In this document: positions 11,782 to 21,633 of the stretch, one piece after another
How the letters are laid out: the number at the start of each line of letters is the position of its first letter
Numbering within the stretch: position 1 is the first letter of the stretch
Source: Candidatus Woesebacteria bacterium
GTDB lineage: Bacteria > Patescibacteriota > Microgenomatia > UBA8517
Length of the DNA stretch: 64,000 nucleotides
Reading direction: 5' to 3'
Assembly: GCA_963716475.1 (NCBI GenBank)
Contig: OY970314.1
Location: 10,479-74,478, forward strand
The notes under the pieces: model-generated
The model's input: only the letters and a program-made list of their open reading frames with translations
Told to the model about the DNA's origin: nothing
Databases searched by the model: none
Made by a program: the position numbers and the translations under genes

Positions 11782-13989
11782 ATGGTGCGAAGGATTGGAA
11801 AAGTACTACAGGCCGTACTTTTTGTTGCGGTAGTTACCTTTTTCGCAACGTCTTCCGGCCGCGTAAAAGCACAGACAGCGTTCCTTTTTGCCTCGATGAG
11901 TGATAGTCATATTGAGACAACCAACTTTACCAATACCGTTAATCAAATAAAATCATTAAATCCGAAGTTTGCCCTTTTTAACGGTGATCTGGAGAACGAC
12001 GGGGTGGTGTCCAGTCAGATGGATCCCATGATAAATGTGCTGAAAAATGCAGGGATATTTAATAATACTTTTTTAGTGCGTGGCAACCATGATGATCATT
12101 TATCGGGTAGCGCTGCTTTATGGCAAAGTTATTTTACAACGGCAAACCGACCGCTTCCTGCCGGCGTCACCAACTACGTCGGCATAGATTCTTCCTCTAC
12201 CTATCTTACCTATTCTTTTGATTATGATAACTCCCGGTTTATCGGATTAGACAGCAATCAGTATGGAGATCCTCCCACAAGCGCACAGTATACATTCCTT
12301 GATCAGCGACTGACAGATGCAGAAAACACTGGTCTCACTCATGCATTTATATTTGTTCACCCCCCCGAATATTGTGTAGAGAGCACCCACTGTGGTTGTC
12401 AAACGGCAACAGGCTGCGGGCCTTCTACACAATTTATATCACTAATCAATAAGCACCCGATTGTTTCGGCAACATTCCATGGCCATGAACATATTTTAGC
12501 CTGGGTCCATATGAGCAGCGCCCGTGTCCCGGGGTTGACTCATGAGTATGAGGAGTTTATTACGAGTTCTTCGGGGAACCCGTATAGTTTTACCCCGTAT
12601 CCTGCCCGCATGGACTATTATAACTATTCAAGTAGCTTAACAGCATTTGGAACGGTTACTGTAAATGGGCCGAATTTTACGGTTAATTTTTATCATACCG
12701 GAACCACCACGCCGATTTGGTCCAACACATTCACCAAATCGGGTTCCGCGACAACAGTTCCTACTGCCACACCGTCTGTGACATCGACCCCTATAAAAAC
12801 ACCGACACCAACACCAATAAAGACTCCGACTCCGGTACCGACACCAACCAAAACAGTAACACCTGTTCCCGCTCCGACGCAAACACCGACCGGCGGCCTT
12901 ACAAGAACGATGAAATATTATGGTGTCGATCGCGGGAGTCCGTTTTCCGATGCCAACTATGCCAACCTGGCTTCTCATTCGGTAAAAACTATCATTGTCG
13001 ATACATATATTAATGACGCGAGTAATAGCACCAGTTCCAAATGGTCAAATGTCAAAGCTCTGGCGGATAAATATAATTTCAATTATGTTATCTGGCCAAA
13101 CCAAGGCGGAGATGTTTCCGGATGCCGCTGGGAATATCCGTTCAATGCACCAGTGAATGGTTATTATATTGGGAGAGTCACGACCATGCTGGATTTCTTC
13201 GCATCAGACCCGCATTTTATCGGCATGGTGAGCTCCCATGAGCCGAGTTCGGCTGTTTCAACGGGCTGTAATTCTACAATTGCCGACATGACCGCCATCA
13301 AATCACAGCTAAAAACGTATATGCAGTCAAAGGGAAGAGCTGACTTTAAGGTCTGGAATTATATTGATAATATTACGAATTTGATGAGTATGTCCGGCTA
13401 CACCCCGGCAGATATTGAGCGGGTTATGGATGTGGCGGTGACTTGGCAGCATTGTTTTGGTACGGCTGAAGGGACATGTCCTGCTGCCAAAAATAAAATA
13501 ATTGCCGACCGCAATTACATTAATCAGGCCGGTTTGGACGGCAAGGTTGATTTGGTCTACTTGTTCCAAACGTTCGGTTATACCAATTATGGCTATACCA
13601 TGCCGACACTTGCAGATATGCAGGCGTGGGATTGTCAGTTTGTTGCCACCAACGCTCTTGACGGCTTCATGTACTACACATGGGGTGCCTGGTATGATAC
13701 GGATTTAGCTAACCACCCTGAGCTTTGGCCGGAAATGGACAGGGTTTATAACAGTTGTGTTAATACAATCTCTGTGGCGCCGACTCCGTCATCATCTCCA
13801 GTAGTGGTTCCGGCAGTTAAGCCGGGGGACGCCAACGGAGATAATAAGGTCGACGAAGCCGATTATGCGGTATGGTTTTCTCATTTTGGTATGACATCCT
13901 CGGGGGTTTCTAACGGGGACTTTAGCGGTGACGGGGTTGTCGATGGCATAGATTATGCTATTTGGATTTCAAATTATAACAGCAATTAA
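11782..13989 (+). CDS. Secreted calcineurin-like metallophosphoesterase with a PT-rich linker and a C-terminal dockerin-like module
   Basis: Signal peptide. Metallophosphatase motifs 'SDSH', 'FNGDLEND', 'VRGNHDD', 'GHEHI'. Linker 'TPIKTPTPTPIKTPTPVPTPTKTVTPVPAPTQTP'. C-terminal paired Ca-binding-like repeats 'GDANGDNKVDEADYAVWFSHFG' and 'GDFSGDGVVDGIDYAIWISNY' (dockerin type I pattern). Confidence 0.7.
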   Translation: MVRRIGKVLQAVLFVAVVTFFATSSGRVKAQTAFLFASMSDSHIETTNFTNTVNQIKSLNPKFALFNGDLENDGVVSSQMDPMINVLKNAGIFNNTFLVRGNHDDHLSGSAALWQSYFTTANRPLPAGVTNYVGIDSSSTYLTYSFDYDNSRFIGLDSNQYGDPPTSAQYTFLDQRLTDAENTGLTHAFIFVHPPEYCVESTHCGCQTATGCGPSTQFISLINKHPIVSATFHGHEHILAWVHMSSARVPGLTHEYEEFITSSSGNPYSFTPYPARMDYYNYSSSLTAFGTVTVNGPNFTVNFYHTGTTTPIWSNTFTKSGSATTVPTATPSVTSTPIKTPTPTPIKTPTPVPTPTKTVTPVPAPTQTPTGGLTRTMKYYGVDRGSPFSDANYANLASHSVKTIIVDTYINDASNSTSSKWSNVKALADKYNFNYVIWPNQGGDVSGCRWEYPFNAPVNGYYIGRVTTMLDFFASDPHFIGMVSSHEPSSAVSTGCNSTIADMTAIKSQLKTYMQSKGRADFKVWNYIDNITNLMSMSGYTPADIERVMDVAVTWQHCFGTAEGTCPAAKNKIIADRNYINQAGLDGKVDLVYLFQTFGYTNYGYTMPTLADMQAWDCQFVATNALDGFMYYTWGAWYDTDLANHPELWPEMDRVYNSCVNTISVAPTPSSSPVVVPAVKPGDANGDNKVDEADYAVWFSHFGMTSSGVSNGDFSGDGVVDGIDYAIWISNYNSN

Positions 13990-14025
13990 AATTGCTGATA
14001 TGTAGTTTTAATTGGATAAAATGTC

Positions 14026-15534
14026 ATGGAAAGTAAATTAAATCTCGGAATAAAAGAAATGTACGATCGGGTGAAAGAGGTAGGTGTCAAAGTGGAGAAT
14101 ACGGCTTTGTCCCAAACAAATAAAATACCGCTATTCTCCAAGTTAAAAATGAAGTTTTTCGGATTTCCTAAAAATTTGAAGACTGGTTTTAAATACCTCA
14201 CGCTTGTGCTACCTCTAATCGCTATTTTTGTTACTCTGGTTCTAATTCGGAATAACCAGACAATAGGAATCCAAGCCGGAACACATCAGGCTGCTCTTTC
14301 TTTTGAGGTAGCCTCATGGAGCATTCCGCCCCAGAGCTCTTTTGGTGTTTGGATAAATTCGGACTCTCCGGTGGCATTTTCTGATATCGAGCTTTCTTTT
14401 GACCCCAGGTTTATCAAAATGATCAGCGAGGTTAATTTGGGCAGTAGTCTGACCAGAAAAATAAAAATTACATCAATGGCTGATGCCAACTCAACGGGTA
14501 AAATGTCGATAGTTTTGGGTCTCGACCCTTCTAATTTAGGGAATCCTCCCTCGGGAGCGTTTCGAGTAGCCGATCTGACATTTGATTCGAATACTTTGAC
14601 ACAAAACGCGGCTACAAAAATCTCCTTCACGACCCCAGGTATGCAGCTTGTCGCACTTGATCAATCGGTTTTTACTCTGACAACTACGGGGGTTGACCTT
14701 ACCATTAACAAACCAAGCCCGACTCCGACACCAAAAATGACTCAAACCCCAACGCCAACTCCCAAGTTGACCCCGGCTCCGACACCAAAAATGACTCAAA
14801 CCCCAACGCCAACTCCCAAGTTGACCCCGGCTCCGACACCAAAAATGACTCAAACCCCCATACCGGTGTTGACACCTTCTCCTAAGCCAATTTCTACATC
14901 CACTCCAAACCCAACTTCTCTAGTTATCACTAATGTTCGGGCCACGGACGTTACGCAGACGGGAGCGACAATCAGTTGGAACCTTTCTGATTATGGAACA
15001 GGACAGGTTCAATATGGGACTACTACGACATATGGCTTGCTTTCTACGCCTGAAACGTCATTTGACTGGAATTATCATATTCAACCACTGAGCAATCTCA
15101 AACCGGGAACACTTTATCACTACCGTGTTTCGTCATCCAATAGAGCCGGCCAGTTGACCGTCAGCGGCGACTACACCTTCACTACCATAGGAATATCGCC
15201 GACTGCTACTCCGGTAAGGACTTTAACACCGGTTCCGTTCCCAACGGCAACTCCCGTACCCGTGGCTAAGGTTCTTCTATCCGGCACGGTAACGAACTCT
15301 GGTAACTACAGGCTTATTAGTGGAATCAGTGTAACTGTCAGGGATAACTCAGGGGTGGTTGTTGCCCGAGGCAGGACAGATAGTCACGGACATTACGGGT
15401 TTTATTTAAACACCGGTTCATACAAAGTTACGGTGTCAGGATTTGGCTATATTAGTAAAACAGCCACGGTTGATCTTTCTGGTAACTTTATACTAAACTT
15501 TGCGATATCGCGCTGGAGAATTTTAAATTTTTGA
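14026..15534 (+). CDS. Membrane-anchored protein with a cohesin-like N-terminal module, PT-rich tandem linker, FN3-like and Cna-B/CarboxypepD_reg-like domains
   Basis: TM 'YLTLVLPLIAIFVTLVLI'. A ~150-aa beta-rich module containing 'IELSFDPRFIKMISEV' (cohesin-like 'YDP..L' signature). 18-aa tandem linker repeats. 'ISWNLSDYGTGQVQYGTTTTYG...YHYRVSS' is FN3-like. 'LSGTVTNSGNYRLISGISVTVRDNSGVVVARGRTDSHGHYGF' is Cna-B-like. Confidence 0.6.
   Translation: MESKLNLGIKEMYDRVKEVGVKVENTALSQTNKIPLFSKLKMKFFGFPKNLKTGFKYLTLVLPLIAIFVTLVLIRNNQTIGIQAGTHQAALSFEVASWSIPPQSSFGVWINSDSPVAFSDIELSFDPRFIKMISEVNLGSSLTRKIKITSMADANSTGKMSIVLGLDPSNLGNPPSGAFRVADLTFDSNTLTQNAATKISFTTPGMQLVALDQSVFTLTTTGVDLTINKPSPTPTPKMTQTPTPTPKLTPAPTPKMTQTPTPTPKLTPAPTPKMTQTPIPVLTPSPKPISTSTPNPTSLVITNVRATDVTQTGATISWNLSDYGTGQVQYGTTTTYGLLSTPETSFDWNYHIQPLSNLKPGTLYHYRVSSSNRAGQLTVSGDYTFTTIGISPTATPVRTLTPVPFPTATPVPVAKVLLSGTVTNSGNYRLISGISVTVRDNSGVVVARGRTDSHGHYGFYLNTGSYKVTVSGFGYISKTATVDLSGNFILNFAISRWRILNF
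14724..14862 (+). repeat. 54-nt tandem repeat (~2.6 copies) encoding the linker 'TPKMTQTPTPTPKLTPAP'
   Basis: Unit 'tccgacaccaaaaatgactcaaaccccaacgccaactcccaagttgaccccggc' recurs at 14724, 14778 and 14832. Confidence 0.8.
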
Positions 15535-15542
15535 GGCAGGTG

Positions 15543-15570
15543 TTGACAAAGGCCGATAATTAGCTATACT
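15543..15570 (+). promoter_or_regulatory. Sigma70-like promoter for rho (TTGACA-16-TATACT)
   Basis: 'ttgaca' 15543-15548 and 'tatact' 15565-15570, about 60 nt upstream of the rho ATG. Confidence 0.45.
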
Positions 15571-15628
15571 AATAAGCGTAACTTCGAGTTTGCCCGGATT
15601 CCAGTGATTTCCAAATACCACTAATTTA

Positions 15629-16966
15629 ATGCCGAAAAAAGCAGTTGAGAAGACAGTAATAAAAACAGAGACTAGCGTCATAGGAAAGGCTGATGTGCAG
15701 TCCTTGATCGGTGCTCCGGTGGATGCAGGAATGCTTCCTCCGGCTCCTGTGGCTATCGAAGAGCGTCCTGTTAATCCTTTAGTGGTAGATGAGAGGATGA
15801 TTCCCGATGCAGGTCTTCCTACGGAGTTTGTTGAAGGAGTCCTTGATATTGCCAATGAGGGGAGCGGACTTCTCAGGCCTCAAAGATTCGCTCCGAGTGA
15901 TCACGACATCTATATTTCCGCCTCCCAAATCAGGAGATTTAATCTAAGAGTCGGGGACATGATTGGCGGCCAGGCCAGGCGTCCCAAAGAAAACGAAAGA
16001 TATTGGGGACTTCTTAAAGTTGAAAAAGTAAACGGAGAACCGGTCGAAGCCCTAGGTCAAAGGATAGATTTTGACAGCATGACTGCGGTTTATCCTGATG
16101 CTCAGATTGTCCTTTCGACAGATAAAGATACATTAACAACCAGAATGATAGATTTGGTTGCTCCGATTGGTTTTGGCCAAAGGGCTCTCATTGTTTCTCC
16201 GCCTAAAGCAGGTAAAACCTGGCTTGTAAAAGACATAATCAAAGGGATTGCCACGAATTATCCCGAAAAAGGAAAAGGAAAAGCCAAAAAGGTTCATGTT
16301 ATGGCGGTCCTTATTGGCGAACGTCCTGAGGAAGTTACGGATATTATAAGAACAATGGATAGCTATTCCGACAAAATGGGTGAAGTTGCCGCCAGTAATT
16401 TTGATGAAGCGCCTCAGGACCAAACCCGTGTGGGAGAGCTGGCTCTCGAGAGGGCTAGAAGATTGGTTGAAGGCGGGCGTGATGTTGTTATAGTTCTTGA
16501 TTCCATTACCAGAATGGCGAGGGCATACAATTTGGCACTCCCGACATCCGGTCGCACTCTTTCGGGAGGTTTTGATCCCATGGCCCTTTTCCCGGCCAAA
16601 AAATTCTTTGGGGCTGCCAGAAAAATTGAAGGCAGAGGGTCTTTAACCATTATCGGAACGTGCTTGGTTGATACGGGTTCTAGAATGGATGACCTGATTT
16701 ATGAAGAATTTAAAGGAACAGGCAATATGGAACTTCATTTGGACAGAAAACTCTCCGATCGCAGAATATTCCCGGCAATTGACGTGGCCAGAAGCGGGAC
16801 CAGACAAGATGAGCTTCTTTTCGGAATGGAAAAGCTTAAGAAAGTAAATACCCTAAGAAGAATGATTGATCTTATGAATGATGATGAAAAGACGCTGACT
16901 CTAATAGATAGACTTTCCAGGTCCGATTCAAATGACGAGTTCCTCGACAGCCTTAAAACTGCTTAA
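15629..16966 (+). CDS. rho: Transcription termination factor Rho
   Basis: N-terminal RNA-binding CSD-like 'RFNLRVGDMIGGQARRPKENERYWGLLKVEKVNGEP', Walker A 'SPPKAGKT', and 'VLIGERPEEVTD'. 445 aa. Confidence 0.9.
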   Translation: MPKKAVEKTVIKTETSVIGKADVQSLIGAPVDAGMLPPAPVAIEERPVNPLVVDERMIPDAGLPTEFVEGVLDIANEGSGLLRPQRFAPSDHDIYISASQIRRFNLRVGDMIGGQARRPKENERYWGLLKVEKVNGEPVEALGQRIDFDSMTAVYPDAQIVLSTDKDTLTTRMIDLVAPIGFGQRALIVSPPKAGKTWLVKDIIKGIATNYPEKGKGKAKKVHVMAVLIGERPEEVTDIIRTMDSYSDKMGEVAASNFDEAPQDQTRVGELALERARRLVEGGRDVVIVLDSITRMARAYNLALPTSGRTLSGGFDPMALFPAKKFFGAARKIEGRGSLTIIGTCLVDTGSRMDDLIYEEFKGTGNMELHLDRKLSDRRIFPAIDVARSGTRQDELLFGMEKLKKVNTLRRMIDLMNDDEKTLTLIDRLSRSDSNDEFLDSLKTA

Positions 16967-18525
16967 TTCTGCAGAAGATACTGATAAAGATACTGGAGTT
17001 TTTGATTTTGGGGGAAGTATCTTAAGGCCTTGTTCTCCAAGAAATCTTTAGCTTCCTTGGTTTTTCCTTCTTTTATCAAAATACCGGTGTAGTTTTCATA
17101 GGCCAGATAATAATTTCCGTTCTTTATTGCTGTCAGATAAAGTTCTTCAGCTTTGGGAAGATTTCCTTTAGCTTCCCAGTAAGCACCGAGGTTGTTATAG
17201 TTTGTCCACCAATCCGGTGACATTTGAATAGATTTTTCAAAATATACCCTGGCCGTCTCTATGTCTCCGTTTCTGTAAAGCACTACTCCGAGGTTATTGA
17301 CCAAATCAAAAGACTGAGAAATGTTGATATCGTGTGAGTAAAGAGTAAGGCTATCCCTCCAATCGAAAGTGCGGATAAACGTTCTTACTGAAAAAAGCAA
17401 AATGATTACCGCTGCAATCCAGATTATCGTGTTATCTTTCTTAATCCTTGCTAAGAACACACCAATAAGTCCCAGCAGAAACGCCAGCGGCATGTAAAAG
17501 AACCTGTCCGAAACAGTCATATCCAGGGGGAAAAACTGCAAATGCATGGCGAAAGAAAGTAAAAATCCGGTTAAAAAAAGTAAATAAAAAGTAAAATGCT
17601 CATCTTTCTTTTTGAATAAATACCAAGCTCCGAATAGCAATGTCGCAAGAAAAATTAAGAGCACAGTAAGAGGTAAATAAAAGCCGGTTATTGAAATTTC
17701 TTTTACCAACCATTGTTGTTCTACTGCAATATTAATCGGCCAGACAAGTGTCTTGAGGTAATAAAACGCGACAGAAGGAAGTGTTACCATCCTCTCCAGA
17801 AAATTCATTTTTGAAATTTCGGTCAAACCGTGTTTCGCAAAATATATTTTGGCAATACCGAATCTTAAAAAAGAATAAAAGACAGCCAATAAAATTAAGG
17901 GGGGAGCAAACGTTTTTAAATTCTGGCGCTTGAACTTCAATATGTAAATTATCACAATGATTCCCCAGACAACCCCTGTTTCTTTAGAAGCAACGGAACA
18001 AAACAACAAAAAAGCTGATATTAAAAGATGTTTTAAATCATCTTTTGATATGATGAACCAAAAACTCAGGGCCCCGAAAAAGAAAAATAATGTATCCTGT
18101 AAACCGGAAATATATAAAACCGCCTCTGAATTAATCGGATGGACTAGAAATATTAGAGAAAGGATAAATGAAAGCTTTTCTTTTTTTAAAAAGTGGTTAA
18201 AGATTAGGAAAAGCAAGACTGCGCTCCCGATATGAATAATCATTTGAAAAAAGTGAAAGAATGACGCACCTGAACCGAAAATGGAATAGACTAGTGCAAA
18301 CGTAGTTGTCATCATCGGGCGGTAATATAGGCCCCCCAACTTGGCTGCACCGCCGGAATTAAAAGTTGCTTCGGTAAATAGCATGGGGATATTAAAAATT
18401 GAATGAATTTGAGTATTGATAACAATCTGCTCTTCATCATCCCATACGAATCCGTTAAAAAGGGAGTTGAAATAAATTAGAAAACCAAAAATTACAATGA
18501 GGATTATAGAGGTCTTTTTGTCCAT
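16963..18525 (-). CDS. Polytopic membrane protein with C-terminal TPR repeats; TMTC/PMT-like GT-C glycosyltransferase candidate
   Basis: N-terminal 'SLFNGFVWDDEEQIV' motif typical of TPR-fused O-mannosyltransferase-like (DUF1736/PMT_2) proteins. About 11 TM segments, then TPR-like repeats ('YNNLGAYWEAKGNLPKAEELYLTAIK'). Confidence 0.65.
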   Translation of the reverse strand: MDKKTSIILIVIFGFLIYFNSLFNGFVWDDEEQIVINTQIHSIFNIPMLFTEATFNSGGAAKLGGLYYRPMMTTTFALVYSIFGSGASFFHFFQMIIHIGSAVLLFLIFNHFLKKEKLSFILSLIFLVHPINSEAVLYISGLQDTLFFFFGALSFWFIISKDDLKHLLISAFLLFCSVASKETGVVWGIIVIIYILKFKRQNLKTFAPPLILLAVFYSFLRFGIAKIYFAKHGLTEISKMNFLERMVTLPSVAFYYLKTLVWPINIAVEQQWLVKEISITGFYLPLTVLLIFLATLLFGAWYLFKKKDEHFTFYLLFLTGFLLSFAMHLQFFPLDMTVSDRFFYMPLAFLLGLIGVFLARIKKDNTIIWIAAVIILLFSVRTFIRTFDWRDSLTLYSHDINISQSFDLVNNLGVVLYRNGDIETARVYFEKSIQMSPDWWTNYNNLGAYWEAKGNLPKAEELYLTAIKNGNYYLAYENYTGILIKEGKTKEAKDFLENKALRYFPQNQKLQYLYQYLLQN

Positions 18526-18630
18526 CCAGTTATTTTACACCATGCAACTTGTTCTGTTGGAGTAGTGTAGTGAGCATGTTTGTTTGGAAACTTTTTACCC
18601 TCATCAATAAAGTTTGCGTCATGATGTTTC

Positions 18631-19743
18631 ATGCGGTATGATCTATGGCACATGGACGACACCCTTGAAGCGTTAATTGAGATTTGGAAAGACATCAAAA
18701 TATTTCTTCACGAATTGATTAATTTCATTTTAAAAAGTCTTCACTTAAGTTTTCTGAGTATCGAAGAAAAAAAAGGAGTTGTTGTTACGGCTCTTTACCG
18801 GAAAAGAGGGAAACTTTCCAGAACCTTAACCCATTCGGGAATGGTGGCAATTACCGCTCTGGGAGTGATGATGGCTCCCTTGATTGCCCAGGAGTTTCCG
18901 GGCAAAAGTGTTAATCCTTGGAACATATCGGTGGCCCCGTCTGTGCTTTCCGCATCTACCGACGACCCGGCTATTGATACGCAAATATCCAGTAAGGTTA
19001 GGGATAGTATCATTGACTATCAAGTCCAGAATGGGGATACGGTTGCATCTGTTGCCAATAAATTCGGAATATCTCAAGACACTGTCCGTTGGGAAAATAG
19101 CCTGACGAGCGACAAGATAAAAGTCGGGCAGACCCTCAAGATTATGCCTATTACGGGAATTGCGCATACTGTTGCCAAGGGGGACACGGTTTACTCCATT
19201 GCCAAAAAATACGATGCCGATTCCCAGGCTGTCGTTGACTTTCCTTTTAATACTTTTACGGATGACGAAACCTTTGAACTTGCCATAGGGCAGGTTGTCA
19301 TTGTTCCCGATGGCGTCATGCCGGCTGCCGCAGTGACTCCCAGGGCGAGACAAATCACACCTGATGCAGGTTCTGTTACCGCATTGGGGCAATTCGTCTG
19401 GCCGACCGCAGGGACAATTACCCAAAGATTCTCCTGGTACCATCCGGGAGTCGATATCGCCAATTCTACAGGAACTCCGGACGTTGCTGCCGATAGCGGA
19501 CATGTTATATATGCAGGGTGGGACAGCTCAGGGTATGGGAATATGGTTCTTATCGATCACGGAAACGGGTTTGTCACACGCTATGCCCACATGAGCTTGA
19601 TAATGGTGATTTCCGGGCAAAATATCGGGCGCGGTCAACAAGTCGGCAAGATGGGTTCTACAGGTCACTCAACCGGCCCGCATACACATTTTGAGATAAT
19701 CTTGAACGGGGTACACGTCAACCCGTTGAACTATTTGAAGTAG
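18631..19743 (+). CDS. LysM-domain M23 metallopeptidase (peptidoglycan hydrolase)
   Basis: Two LysM repeats ('VQNGDTVASVANKFGIS', 'AKGDTVYSIAKKYDAD'). M23 motifs 'HPGVD' and 'HTHFE'. TM 'MVAITALGVMMAPLIA'. The start codon is uncertain; downstream ATGs are possible. Confidence 0.8.
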   Translation: MRYDLWHMDDTLEALIEIWKDIKIFLHELINFILKSLHLSFLSIEEKKGVVVTALYRKRGKLSRTLTHSGMVAITALGVMMAPLIAQEFPGKSVNPWNISVAPSVLSASTDDPAIDTQISSKVRDSIIDYQVQNGDTVASVANKFGISQDTVRWENSLTSDKIKVGQTLKIMPITGIAHTVAKGDTVYSIAKKYDADSQAVVDFPFNTFTDDETFELAIGQVVIVPDGVMPAAAVTPRARQITPDAGSVTALGQFVWPTAGTITQRFSWYHPGVDIANSTGTPDVAADSGHVIYAGWDSSGYGNMVLIDHGNGFVTRYAHMSLIMVISGQNIGRGQQVGKMGSTGHSTGPHTHFEIILNGVHVNPLNYLK

Positions 19744-19746
19744 TGG

Positions 19747-20163
19747 TTATTGGTAACTAACCCTAAATTTCTCCTGAGGAATTTGATCAAATCCGTAATC
19801 CTTTAACCACTTCTGAAAAATCTGATAATTTGCCTGATTTGGGCTCCCAACCGTAACCACAAAGACATCATTACCGTAATCTATATCGATTGCAAACGCA
19901 GATGTTTTATATGGTAGCATTTTTATAAGCGCTGAACTTTGCTGGGTTACGGTATCTACAACCACCGGTTCATCGATAACTCCCGATTGATTGGGAGGAT
20001 TAGGTATTTCGGGAAAGGTACTTGGTTTGGTGGTCAGTCCCTCAGAAGTTTGTTTGGATTGTATACTGATTTTTATTTGATAATAACTGAAAAAATAAAT
20101 AGAAGATAAAGCAACACCCAAAACGGGGAGGATAATGGCTGTGTAGATTAGTGTTTTTTTCAT
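19747..20163 (-). CDS. Small N-terminally membrane-anchored hypothetical protein (138 aa)
   Basis: TM 'LIYTAIILPVLGVALSSIYFF'. Translationally coupled to the upstream gene: the stop of 20164..21471 abuts its start. Confidence 0.5.
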   Translation of the reverse strand: MKKTLIYTAIILPVLGVALSSIYFFSYYQIKISIQSKQTSEGLTTKPSTFPEIPNPPNQSGVIDEPVVVDTVTQQSSALIKMLPYKTSAFAIDIDYGNDVFVVTVGSPNQANYQIFQKWLKDYGFDQIPQEKFRVSYQ

Positions 20164-21471
20164 TTATATAGCCGGTCTAGAACTTGCTGTTTTAATTAAG
20201 GTATACTCGTCCAAAGAATATTGTACTCCCAAATAATTGAACATAGACCCATACCAGGGGTCGTTGTAAATATAATTACCGTTTCCATCTATTCCGATTA
20301 TTAAGGTGAGATGGCCTTCAAGCCCAATATGAATGTGTGCAAAAGCCTGCCATCCGGCTTGAATATATTTTTTAAGAACGACAGGATCTTTATTTGAAGC
20401 TTTGGTTTGAATACGATAACTATTAAGAACCGCAACATTCTGGTCATAAGAGGTTCCATTACACCAAGTAGTCCCGTATATCTGTTGAACAACTTTTGTG
20501 GGGGTGTAAGAAGGATCTACGTTATTTGAAAGCAGCATGGCCACGCTCGTTTCTCCACAGCCAACATCATATAGAGTTCTCGTTGTGTTACCACACGTAA
20601 ATTTAATGCCGGACCAACGGGGATCTTTCTGGGAATAGTAAATTAATCCGTTACTGGTACAATATTCAATGTTGTTTATCTTCTTGCACCCGCTCGCCCC
20701 GTAACTTATGCAGAGAGACGCCTGTGTTTGAGAGCAGGCCGTACTTGGTGTTGGACTGGGTGTCGGAGTGGGTGTTGGCGTTGGTGTCGGGGTCCTGATT
20801 GGAGTTGGAGTGGGTGTTGGTGGTGAGCAATGGGTACCGCATTTGTACCCGGTACCGCAACTCATCTGACCGTACGAAGTCTCACAGGTGTATGTATTCA
20901 GATAGCAAGCACCATAACCTGAACAATTAGGAGTTGGGGTTGGTGTTGGGGTTGGGGTTGATGTTGAGCAATGAACACCACATTTATAGCCGGTCCCACA
21001 ATTCATTTGGCCATATGAGGTTTCACAGATGTATGTGTTGAGATAACAAGCGCCGAAAGAGGAACATTGAGGGGTTGGAGTTGGTGTAGGTGTCGGGGTT
21101 GGTGTTGGCGTCGGTGTTGGGGTTGGAGTTGAAGAGCAGGTACTATTTAATGTCCAGAAACAGTATGAATAGGAAAGACAACTTTTGTTTGCCAATCCCA
21201 TACACGTGTTGACGTAGCCGGCATTTAAGGGATCACTTGGGCAACACTTACCCGGTATGGGAGTGGGTGTGGGTGTTGGCGTCGGTGTCGGAGACTGACA
21301 GTAGCCTGAAGCATCCGGAATACAGGAGGCTCTATTTCTTAAATCAAAGTTTGCATTCTGCCTATTTACTACAATGGCCCCGGCTGCTACTGAAATGACC
21401 AAAAAAACTATAGCAATCAAACTTAGGATATCGACAAAACCACGCCCAAGGTACCTATGTATTCTAGGCAT
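20164..21471 (-). CDS. Secreted protein with duplicated Cys-rich modules, (TP)n linkers and a C-terminal C39-like/papain-like cysteine peptidase domain
   Basis: TM anchor. Two copies of 'CSxxGACYLNTYxCETSYGQMxCGTGYKCGxHCS' separated by (TP)8-12 runs. C-terminal 'DVGCGETSVAMLL' (Cys nucleophile context) and 'GHLTLIIGIDG...NDPWYG' (His) resemble the Peptidase_C39_2 family. Confidence 0.6.
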   Translation of the reverse strand: MPRIHRYLGRGFVDILSLIAIVFLVISVAAGAIVVNRQNANFDLRNRASCIPDASGYCQSPTPTPTPTPTPIPGKCCPSDPLNAGYVNTCMGLANKSCLSYSYCFWTLNSTCSSTPTPTPTPTPTPTPTPTPTPQCSSFGACYLNTYICETSYGQMNCGTGYKCGVHCSTSTPTPTPTPTPNCSGYGACYLNTYTCETSYGQMSCGTGYKCGTHCSPPTPTPTPIRTPTPTPTPTPTPSPTPSTACSQTQASLCISYGASGCKKINNIEYCTSNGLIYYSQKDPRWSGIKFTCGNTTRTLYDVGCGETSVAMLLSNNVDPSYTPTKVVQQIYGTTWCNGTSYDQNVAVLNSYRIQTKASNKDPVVLKKYIQAGWQAFAHIHIGLEGHLTLIIGIDGNGNYIYNDPWYGSMFNYLGVQYSLDEYTLIKTASSRPAI

Positions 21472-21539
21472 TAATTCAATTTAATATAAAAGCTGCCGGG
21501 TATCAATAACCGCTAATTTGATATAATTCAGGTATAGTC

Positions 21540-21610
21540 GGGCCGTTAGTATATCGGTCGTACACCGCATTCGCATTGCGGAGAGGGCGGTTCAATTCCG
21601 CCACGGTCCA
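21540..21610 (+). tRNA. tRNA-Ala (anticodon CGC)
   Basis: Folded by hand. Acceptor GGGCCGT/ACGGTCC with the diagnostic G3:U70 pair. D-arm GTAT-ATCGGTC-GTAC. Anticodon stem CCGCA/TGCGG with loop TTCGCAT. T-arm GGCGG-TTCAATT-CCGCC. Discriminator A. No encoded CCA. Confidence 0.85.
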
Positions 21611-21633
21611 CTAGCTTTGCTCGTGTCACGTTT

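Noticed and set aside
21471-21540. Promoter call for tRNA-Ala ('tataat' at 21523)
   Set aside because: A -10 box is present but there is no convincing -35 element, so I left it unannotated.
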